DNA of 64,000 nucleotides from an uncultured Nitrososphaeria archaeon (GCA_964448685.1 CAYUWR010000011.1:87074-151073), one strand, 5' to 3'; shown: positions 29,369-36,249, counted from the stretch's first letter. Numbers and translations are program-made. Notes: generated by a model from the sequence alone, not told the origin.

Positions 29369-30292
29369 CTAGGAAAGCGTGGTTGTACGTATCTTGACAA
29401 TCTTCTCTAGGACCAGAGCCAACACCAAAGAGACCCCGGCCTGCCCAAACAGGTCCCTCACGTAGGATAAGACCCCGACCGGAAACCCCTTTATGAAGAT
29501 GTTAACGACAAAATAGGTGGTAGCCATAACAAACCCTCCAAGAGAGAGAAAGAAGACCTTCATCAAAAGAGGCCTATCCCTGCCGAAACCTGCCACCAAC
29601 CCCTCAAAACCGTGAGCAGGGATCGAGACATAAAATCTTGGGTAGCCAAGAAAGATGTCTGCGGCAACACTTCCAACGACCCCGACCGACGCACTCACCC
29701 TCCATCCAAAGAGCAAACCTGACAGAAATATGATCGAGTCACCAATATGAGTATAGCCGCCGGTAGGTGAAGGAACCAGGCTGCCCGTTCCCACGGTGAG
29801 GACTGCGGTGAGCGCACTAAAGATACTTGTTGCAGCAAGCTCTCTTGTCGTAAACGGCTTAAGGAGCGGCCTCCATCCCCTAGCCTTTAAAGAACAGTAG
29901 GTTGCCACAGCCGCCGCCAACACACCCAAAGACGTGAAGAATTCACAGAGAATGGAAGAAGCCAGCAACCCCGAAAGATCATAGCAGACCGTGATCAGCC
30001 CAAGGGCCACCAGTAGAATCCCTCCATAACCTGCCGCCTTATAGTAACATCGATCAGCCAACATAATCAGAGCCAACCCAACACCGGCAAAGAGAAGGAC
30101 AAACGTCAGATAGCTTGATAGCAACATCTTCAGAAACTCCTCCATCGACAACCTGACGAAGACACTTTCAAACCCTCTTAGCCTAAGGGTCACAAGCACA
30201 TGCAAAATCGAGGAGACAACATACAATAGCACTGACGAAGTGAACAGAGCAGAGATCCTGTTCGCCATCACGCTGGTGAACGACGCAAACAT
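29369..30292 (-). CDS. Polytopic membrane protein; C-terminal half resembles an ECF-transporter S component
   Basis: The segment TGGYTHIGDSIIFLSGLLFGWRVSASVGVVGSVAADIFLGYP...HGFEGLVAGFG resembles the conserved core of S components. The N-terminal ~150 aa add extra TM helices. The gene is upstream of, and co-oriented with, the aminotransferase. Confidence 0.5.
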   Translation of the reverse strand: MFASFTSVMANRISALFTSSVLLYVVSSILHVLVTLRLRGFESVFVRLSMEEFLKMLLSSYLTFVLLFAGVGLALIMLADRCYYKAAGYGGILLVALGLITVCYDLSGLLASSILCEFFTSLGVLAAAVATYCSLKARGWRPLLKPFTTRELAATSIFSALTAVLTVGTGSLVPSPTGGYTHIGDSIIFLSGLLFGWRVSASVGVVGSVAADIFLGYPRFYVSIPAHGFEGLVAGFGRDRPLLMKVFFLSLGGFVMATTYFVVNIFIKGFPVGVLSYVRDLFGQAGVSLVLALVLEKIVKIRTTTLS

Positions 30293-30305
30293 ATATAAGC
30301 AGGTG

Positions 30306-30338
30306 CCTATATATAGTCCTATGTTTAGATATCATAGG
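30306..30338. promoter_or_regulatory. Divergent promoter region with a palindromic TATA-like element and an inverted repeat CCTATG-N9-CATAGG
   Basis: CCTATATATAG lies at 30306-30316 and contains the perfect palindrome CTATATATAG. The inverted repeat is CCTATG (30318-30323) paired with CATAGG (30333-30338). It sits immediately upstream of the ThrC-like/PadR ORF, in the 50-nt gap facing the divergent membrane-protein gene. Confidence 0.35.
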
Positions 30339-30342
30339 TCTC

Positions 30343-31746
30343 ATACTAAAATGCACAAGCTGCGGTTCAGTCAGCGAATTCGACATCAACAGGAAAGCAT
30401 GTGAGAGGTGCGGCAACGGCCTCAGCGTGGAAGCAGAACACACCCACACATCGGAGACCTCAGGAAACCTGAATGGGATATGGAAGCACATGTGGACACT
30501 TCCAAGAATAGGCGAAAGATTCCGAATCACATTGGGCGAAGGCAACACGACCTTACATGAAGGCAGTAGAATCAAGAGGGAGATAAGAGTCGACAGACTC
30601 TGGTTCAAGGATGAGACCGTGGAGCCAACAGGGTCTTATCTGGACAGAAGTTCAGCCCTATTTGCTTCAACAGCACTACAGATTGGATGCACAAAGATAA
30701 TCACCTATTCCACAGGAAACCTCGGGGCCTCACTAGCAGCCTACTCTTCTAAGGCTGGACTAAGGATGCAAGCCCACATAAGGCCCGGCATCGACCTTGG
30801 AAAACTCTATCAGATGATCGCATACGGCGCCCAAGTCACAATCGCCCAGAACCTAAGAGAAAAGAGCAGGGAAGTACAAGGCACAGCAATAGCCACCGAA
30901 TATGATCCCATAGTAAACGAGGCCAAGAAGACGATCATGCTGGAGATATTTTGTCAGCTCAGCCAAGACCTACCAGACTACATGATACTTCCAATGGGAC
31001 AAGGCGGACTAGCCTATTCAACCTATAAGATGTTAAAGGAGCTCAAAACGACCGGAGCGTCAGAAGCAAAGACGAAGATCGTTGGCGTGCAACCAGAAGG
31101 ATGCGCGCCCATAGTCAAGGCATTCGAGAAGGGTCTAGAACATGTTGAATCAGACAGCAGATTCAAGACCAGAGTATACGACCTGAACGTTGCAGAACCC
31201 AAGTTTGGAAACGCAGCACTGAAGGCAATAAGAGAAACAGAGGGGCTCGCGGTCTCCGTGGACGAAGAGGAAATATTAGATGCGACAAGCCTCCTAGCAG
31301 AAAACGAGGGCATCCTCGCCGAATCAGCAGCCAGCCTTGCCATCGCAGGGCTGATAAAGCTGAAGAAGGCGGGAGAAATAAGAGGCGATGAGAAGGTAGT
31401 CTGCGTCATAACTGGAAGCGGCCTAAAAGACCCTAAGGTGATGAAGAAGATAGCGGTCAGAAAGTCAAACCTGAGCCCCCTGGTAGAGGACTTGAGTGGC
31501 AACAGGCCACTGGGAGACACAAAGCTGGCCATTCTTAAGCTGCTGTCTGAAAGAGGAATGTATGGCTACCAGCTGTGGAAGCAGGTAAAGGAGAGGGACA
31601 AGATCAACGTTGAGATACCTACCATCTATCAGCATCTATCTGAACTGATGAAATTAGGCTACGTCAAGAGGACCGAATCAAAGACCATCTTGGGGAGGAG
31701 AAGGGAATATTACTCGCTAACCGAAAAAGGTGAAGCTATAGCATAG
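30343..31746 (+). CDS. Threonine-synthase-like PLP-fold protein lacking the catalytic lysine, fused to a C-terminal PadR-type winged-helix domain
   Basis: It is colinear with archaeal ThrC: zinc ribbon KCTSCG...CERCG, then GEGNTTL, STGNLGASLAAY and ITGSGLKDP. However, the canonical PTGSFKDRG reads PTGSYLDRS, and GNAGN reads GQGGL. The C-terminus LAILKLLSERGMYGYQLWKQV...EYYSLTEKGE is PadR-like. The first canonical start is GTG 30427. The zinc ribbon is in frame upstream, with ATA at 30343 where ThrC homologues have Met. Confidence 0.75.
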   Translation: MLKCTSCGSVSEFDINRKACERCGNGLSVEAEHTHTSETSGNLNGIWKHMWTLPRIGERFRITLGEGNTTLHEGSRIKREIRVDRLWFKDETVEPTGSYLDRSSALFASTALQIGCTKIITYSTGNLGASLAAYSSKAGLRMQAHIRPGIDLGKLYQMIAYGAQVTIAQNLREKSREVQGTAIATEYDPIVNEAKKTIMLEIFCQLSQDLPDYMILPMGQGGLAYSTYKMLKELKTTGASEAKTKIVGVQPEGCAPIVKAFEKGLEHVESDSRFKTRVYDLNVAEPKFGNAALKAIRETEGLAVSVDEEEILDATSLLAENEGILAESAASLAIAGLIKLKKAGEIRGDEKVVCVITGSGLKDPKVMKKIAVRKSNLSPLVEDLSGNRPLGDTKLAILKLLSERGMYGYQLWKQVKERDKINVEIPTIYQHLSELMKLGYVKRTESKTILGRRREYYSLTEKGEAIA

Positions 31747-31984
31747 TTAAGATCGGACAGCTACAAGAAGTTTCCTACATAGTCACATATAGGCTTCGGC
31801 TAGGCCATCGATTTTGGAGCATTTCCCAACGAGACCGGCCCACTATATGCATATCCAATCTTTGACGGCGCATCCGCAGACACCCTTTTTTTCCGGAGGC
31901 CCCAATTGAGCTCTGCAAGCGCCTCCAATCATTTCTTCGACCACGACATCGAATTCGCTACATTCAATTAGAAAGTGTATGTTT

Positions 31985-32250
31985 CAAATCCTAACACCTT
32001 TCAGGTGTTGGCTTCCTGCTTCTGTGACCAGACTCGATCCCGCATGCGCCCACGGCGGAGGTCTCAGCAAATGAGACCGTTTCAGGTCAGCCCGTGTGGA
32101 AGGGGGGTTACGGAGGTCTTGGTCTCCACAGGCGCAACTTCAGCCTACCCGATGCCTAGCAAGGAAGAAGTTTCCATGAGAGAAGATAAGAAGGTTTCGT
32201 TCGCTCTCATCCCACCCATAAACGGTATGGGGGTTTCCCGTTCGCAATTT
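31985..32250. ncRNA. Candidate structured non-coding RNA, unclassified (weak RNase P-like motifs if read on the minus strand)
   Basis: This GC-rich block has AT-rich flanks and no credible ORF. It contains many perfect local helices: 31993-31998/32004-32009, 32060-32065/32073-32078, 32095-32100/32125-32130, 32176-32182/32204-32210 and 32215-32220/32226-32231. It also has long-range pairings 32046-32050/32131-32135 and 32012-32019/32159-32167. On the minus strand it reads GGGUAGGCUG (32141-32150) and ACAGAA (32020-32025). Confidence 0.3.
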
Positions 32251-32682
32251 TAAGGATCTATCTTCTCTTTCTCCAATGTAACCTATGATATTATACATTG
32301 TTTTAGTCAGCGAGCTAGCAAAACCCTTGATGTCATCATATAATTCTCTTGGTTTCAGATACACATAATTGTGAACCAGAATGTTTCTTAAGCCTACTGC
32401 CCTCTTAAATTGTTCGCTCAATGTCTCGTCTATTATTCCATTCTCCAATAATATAGATCCAACTTCCTTTTAAGATCTTGGAGTCCTCCACCTCATGTAA
32501 GCGATTATGGCCTCGCTTACGTCTATCGTAGCCTCTATTGCGACCTGCAAGTTGCGTTCGCTGGCGTCTATTAAATCTTCGCTTCTAATAAATCGCTCGA
32601 AGTCAACACCTGAAATCTCTTGGAGTCTTCTCGCAGCCCTCCAAAACCTGTCTATTCTCGCCTTAACCCGCGGAGCAGGCAT
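32140..32682 (-). pseudogene. hepT: HepT (DUF86) HEPN-family toxin interrupted by a single in-frame TAA
   Basis: The ORFs 32470..32682 and 32140..32448 are in the same frame and are separated only by TAA at 32470-32472 (...RWRTPRS*KEVGSILLENGIIDE...). The RX4HXY motif GLRNILVHNY lies in the downstream part. The 3' tail beyond about 32253 is probably a fortuitous read-through into the GC-rich region. Confidence 0.7.
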
Positions 32683-33088
32683 CTCTTATCTCCTTCACAG
32701 CAATCTCATAGAATATGTTAAAAACGTATTCGAAGTCGAGGTATTCATCGACCGCGTTTATAAAATCGTCCATGTACCTATCATAATCTCTACAATAGAG
32801 AATTATCCCGCCACTGTAGGCCTCATACTTGATGACTGTATCCGCTATATTCAAAGGGATCACGTCAACGTGAACACCTAACAGGGATTCAACGTCGGAC
32901 ATGAGATTCAAAGCCTTGTCAAGAGAATTGTTCGAATTCGTAAACTTGACAGCAACGTCCACGTCACTATAATCTCTAGCACTGCCCGCCGCCCTAGAGC
33001 CAAAAAGTAGAACATAAACACAATCAAGACTGCCAGAGGCTCCGACAACAGCATCTCTTATTTCCTCCAGACTAAGCATATGGTCCAA
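32663..33088 (-). CDS. mntA: MNT-type minimal nucleotidyltransferase (antitoxin partner of HepT)
   Basis: It has the motif LFGSRAAGSARDYSDVDVAV (GSxxxG...DxD). It overlaps the hepT start by 20 nt, which is the usual MNT-HepT operon layout. Confidence 0.8.
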   Translation of the reverse strand: MDHMLSLEEIRDAVVGASGSLDCVYVLLFGSRAAGSARDYSDVDVAVKFTNSNNSLDKALNLMSDVESLLGVHVDVIPLNIADTVIKYEAYSGGIILYCRDYDRYMDDFINAVDEYLDFEYVFNIFYEIAVKEIRDACSAG

Positions 33089-33568
33089 AATTCCAAAAGA
33101 AGTTTAAATCCTTTTCTTTAAGATCACCAAAAAATCTGCCGCAAGCTTAAATGCCGAATGCTCCCAGGATGTCCTAAAATCTCACTAGGATCTTGAGGAT
33201 GTGACCTCCTCCCTCAGCCTTCAGGCTGGGCTTCCACTTTTCAATCAGTTTTATTCCCACATCATCTCTAGAACCTTCTTAGCCCTTTCCCCATCTTCTT
33301 CTTTATAGCCAAGTGTTCCATATGCAATCTACAGTATGCCAACATGTCCTGAAAGTTGTCGAAACTTTTTCTTAATCCACATAATTCTGTTAGCGTGCGC
33401 ACTCCTAGGATTTATATGAAAATGAAGGTTTTCGATGGAGGCCAAGTCTCTATAGCTTACTCTACTCACTTTATGGCTGAATCGCCTACTATGGTATACC
33501 ATCCTCCACCAAATTCTTCAATTTTAGCAGTTCCCTCTTTTCTATGACCAACATAGCTAAACTTATAA

Positions 33569-33601
33569 GTTCCGGTGCGGAACTAGGTTCCGGTGTGGAA
33601 C
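33569..33601. promoter_or_regulatory. Tandem palindromic sites GTTCCG-GTG-CGGAAC / GTTCCG-GTG-TGGAAC between a TATA-like box and the ATPase start
   Basis: The first site is 33569-33583 (perfect inverted repeat). The second is 33587-33601 (one mismatch), 18 nt apart centre to centre. They are preceded by CTTATAAG at 33562-33569 and followed by GTG 33606. Confidence 0.45.
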
Positions 33602-33605
33602 TCTG

Positions 33606-34628
33606 GTGCTTTTTGACCCAAGACCTAAGTCATCCAAGAACGAGCTGTTTGATAGGGGAAATGAGCTTAAAGAGTTAGATAGAGCCAGTGATCGCAGGTT
33701 TCCTCTTATACTTGTCCTAGGTGTTAGGAGGATTGGGAAAACCAGTCTTGTCAGGACTTTCCTTGAAGAAAAAAGTGGAGTCTACATAGATCTTAGGGGT
33801 GTCATAAGGAGATCTGAGCTTTACGAGAGGGTAAGCGACGGCGTCTACAGCTCTCTCGGACGGATGAGAAGACTTTTGGAAGGAATTAGAGGAATCAGCT
33901 TGACAGGCCCAGGTGTTGAGATAAGATGGAAAGGATATGATTCAATAAGCCTCTTGGGTCTTCTTCAGGAGGTCAACAAGAGAGAGGAAAAGTTCATCGC
34001 TGTGATAGATGAGGCACAGTCTCTTAAGCCTCCCCTTTCAGCTGAGCTTAGAGACATAATCGCATACTCCTATGACAACCTGAATAACATTACTTTGATT
34101 GTCTCAGGGTCTGAAGTAGGATTGTTAAGAAATTTTCTTGGCTTGGATAGCCCATCTTCTCCCCTCTATGGAAGATATTCTTATGAGATCCATGTTGAAC
34201 GATTTTCTGAGGAGATATCGAGGGAATTCCTGATAAAGGGATTCAGGGAAGAGAAGATTGAGCCGCCTTATGAGGCGATAGATCAGGCCATTAAGCTGTT
34301 CGATGGAATAGTTGGGTGGCTTGTCTTCTTTGGCAGATCATATATTGAAGGATTAAAAGATATTATGAGAATAGCTGACATGGCTGTTGAACTAGCTTTA
34401 GAGGAGCTGAATAAACTGAGTTCGAGGGAAAAGATGATCCTAAAGGCTATGGCAGGTGGTGCAAAGACTTGGTCTGACGTGAGGAGTTCCATCGCAGAAA
34501 AAGGAGTTGTAGTTCCAAAATCAACACTTTCAAGGATCATTAACAAGCTTGAAATGATGAGTATAGTAGAAAATTACAAGTTCCTGGACCCAGTCTACAG
34601 AATGGCATGCGAGAGACTGAGACCTTAG
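33606..34628 (+). CDS. Archaeal ATPase (Arch_ATPase/PF01637-like AAA) with C-terminal DUF234-type winged helix
   Basis: It has the N-terminus FDRGNELKEL, Walker A GVRRIGKTSL and Walker B VIDEAQ. The C-terminus, MILKAMAGGAKTWSDV..., is wHTH-like. Confidence 0.8.
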   Translation: MLFDPRPKSSKNELFDRGNELKELDRASDRRFPLILVLGVRRIGKTSLVRTFLEEKSGVYIDLRGVIRRSELYERVSDGVYSSLGRMRRLLEGIRGISLTGPGVEIRWKGYDSISLLGLLQEVNKREEKFIAVIDEAQSLKPPLSAELRDIIAYSYDNLNNITLIVSGSEVGLLRNFLGLDSPSSPLYGRYSYEIHVERFSEEISREFLIKGFREEKIEPPYEAIDQAIKLFDGIVGWLVFFGRSYIEGLKDIMRIADMAVELALEELNKLSSREKMILKAMAGGAKTWSDVRSSIAEKGVVVPKSTLSRIINKLEMMSIVENYKFLDPVYRMACERLRP

Positions 34629-34987
34629 GCGATTCCACGAAATCGTTAAGAAATATCTATCTGCTTATGTTAAGTGTTAGAGCAAGGGTAGGATGATCTT
34701 TGAGGCCATATAATATCCTACTTGATGACATTTTATCGAAATATAGTTCTGAACAGCTTTGACTGGGCATATTCTGAATGAACTGGCTTAGTCTGTAGTG
34801 TGGAAATCAGTTCTTTAGCTTTCTGTTTAACGCTTTGTATCCTCTGTTTTTCTAATCCCCACCAAGTCTCCTGCAACCGCCGTCCTCCTCTATTGCCAAG
34901 TGATCTTATAATATATAGGAAAAAATAGATGGCTGGATGATAAAGCCCTTCCATGTGCATGACGCGTAACAGAATGGATGGCGAGTG

Positions 34988-35377
34988 TCACATTAGAGTG
35001 GCCACCACATTATGTTTTTTCGAAATTTCTGCCTGCTTATCGTCTGATGTCAGTAGAGGTGTGTTCGTGTTTACCGATAAGGCTATGAATAATGCGTCAT
35101 AAACTGCTATCTTATGCTCCACAGCTATTTCTAACGCTCTTAGAAGATGTTCTTTTTGAGGTATAATCCTAACTATTTTGGGCAGGCGACCGACGATCTC
35201 TTTTGCAGTCTCCACAGTAACTTCGTTACTAAGCGCTTTCTTTGCAAGTGCGTTAGCTGTCTCTTTAACTGCAAGGTCGACTGTAAGGCACCCTTCCTTC
35301 AGGTGTTCTTCAACTTTTTCCCAGCCTTCTTCTTTTGCCACATATTTGATGAGAGCCGAAGAATCAATGACTTTCAC
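34988..35377 (-). CDS. vapC: PIN-domain ribonuclease toxin VapC
   Basis: The 129-aa ORF has an N-terminus MKVIDSSALI carrying the first acidic PIN residue, plus later conserved acidic residues (YDALFIALS, LLTSDDK). Confidence 0.8.
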   Translation of the reverse strand: MKVIDSSALIKYVAKEEGWEKVEEHLKEGCLTVDLAVKETANALAKKALSNEVTVETAKEIVGRLPKIVRIIPQKEHLLRALEIAVEHKIAVYDALFIALSVNTNTPLLTSDDKQAEISKKHNVVATLM

Positions 35378-35594
35378 GGTCTTCCTTCACCGATTTAACC
35401 GAAAACTCACGCTCAGAGGGCTTGACATCTTCAAGAAGTTTCCTCATTTTTTCAGTCTCCTCCTTCAATTGAAGTCTCCATGTAAGTTCTTCAAGATGCT
35501 GTCTAATGACACTTGGAATGTTGACGCCGGCCTTTTCCAAAGCATCCTTGATTTCCCTTTTGATGCGGACTGTTACTACTGCTGTTTGCCCCAT
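35364..35594 (-). CDS. vapB: VapB-type antitoxin (ribbon-helix-helix-like N-terminus)
   Basis: The 76-aa ORF overlaps the vapC start by 14 nt. Its N-terminus VVTVRIKREIKDALEKAG is RHH-like. Confidence 0.6.
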   Translation of the reverse strand: MGQTAVVTVRIKREIKDALEKAGVNIPSVIRQHLEELTWRLQLKEETEKMRKLLEDVKPSEREFSVKSVKEDRESH

Positions 35595-35604
35595 AACAAC
35601 ATCA

Positions 35605-35621
35605 AGTATACAGAGTGTATA
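35605..35621. promoter_or_regulatory. Two GTATAC palindromes spaced by 5 nt upstream of vapB
   Basis: GTATAC lies at 35605-35610 and at 35616-35621. Both sit between a TATA-like CTTATATG on the minus strand (about 35624-35634) and the vapB start at 35594. Confidence 0.35.
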
Positions 35622-35859
35622 CAGGCATATAAGCTTTTCTTAATCTTTCGAGCTCTAATGCCCGCTCATTTGCCTCCCGGCAGATGAGGTAACATAGACT
35701 TTGTTGCTCAAGATCCCCCTCTTGGTTCCTAGAATATTTAAGACATAAATGTAATTTTATGCCAAATGGTCCTCTATCAAATTTCTTCTCGTATCATAGG
35801 TATATGTATCTAGTTAAGCTTAAGTAAATGGAGAATTGTAAATTGCAAGTGGGAAAAAA

Positions 35860-36249
35860 ATGGTTTCTAGATCTAAGGATTGGATGAAACAAGCTTTGAA
35901 GGATCTGTCTCATGCCAGGCTGTCTTTAGAAAATGGTGACTTTGAATGGGCTTGTTTTGCAGCCCAGCAGGCTGGCGAAAAGGCGGTTAAAGCACTCTAT
36001 GAAGGCAGAAATATGGAAGTTTGGGGGCATTCGATTTCCAGGATGCTAGAAGAACTCCCAAAGGAACTCAAGCCTCCAGTAGAGCTTGTAGAAAAAGCAA
36101 AAGGGCTAGACAGACATTACATTCCAACACGATATCCAAACTTTCACAGCGAGGGGGCGCCAATGGATTATTATACAAAAGAAGATGCTGAAAGGGCAGT
36201 GGAATATGCCAGAGAAATTATTGAATTCTGCAAAAGTGAGAGTTTTTAG
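35860..36249 (+). CDS. HEPN domain protein (PF05168 type)
   Basis: It has the motifs WMKQALKDLSHARLSLENGDFEWACFAAQQAGEKAVKAL and DRHYIPTRYPN. It is paired with the downstream nucleotidyltransferase. Confidence 0.75.
   Translation: MVSRSKDWMKQALKDLSHARLSLENGDFEWACFAAQQAGEKAVKALYEGRNMEVWGHSISRMLEELPKELKPPVELVEKAKGLDRHYIPTRYPNFHSEGAPMDYYTKEDAERAVEYAREIIEFCKSESF

Noticed and set aside
31790-31975. Minus-strand Cys-containing fragment (...FDVVVEEMIGGACRAQLGPPEKKGVCGCAVKDWICI*WAGLVGKCSKIDGLAEAYM) that could be a small gene or a gene remnant.
   Set aside because: It is interrupted by a stop, has no clear start, and I can name no family. It may be a decayed remnant, but the evidence is too thin to annotate.
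31985-32250. SRP (7S) RNA, 5S rRNA or intron-containing tRNA as the identity of the GC-rich structured block.
   Set aside because: There is no helix-8 GNAR-tetraloop/AGCA motif, and no extended 5'/3' helix-5 complementarity. There is no 5S loop-C/CCGAAC pattern. No T-arm (GTTCRAnnC with a complementary stem) or acceptor pairing appears on either strand. The 32060-32078 hairpin has a 7-nt loop, but the tRNA-required positions do not fit on either strand.
31975-32253. 92-aa plus-strand ORF (MYVSNPNTFQVLASCFCDQTRSRMRPRRRSQQ...).
   Set aside because: It is Arg/Ser/Pro-rich and low-complexity, with no family resemblance. It coincides exactly with the hairpin-dense GC-rich block, so it is most likely a by-product of RNA-like sequence.
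34711-34770. C/D-box sRNA-like arrangement (TTGATGA ... CTGA ... CTGA) in the gap after the ATPase gene.
   Set aside because: The spacing is wrong: 20 nt separate the C-like and first D-like box, against the usual ~12. There is no credible C' box and no terminal stem.
34733-34960. 75-aa minus-strand ORF in the 360-nt gap between the ATPase and vapC.
   Set aside because: It has an odd composition (FFLYIIRSLGNRGGRRLQETWWG) and no recognisable domain. It is likely spacer or a decayed fragment and was left unannotated.
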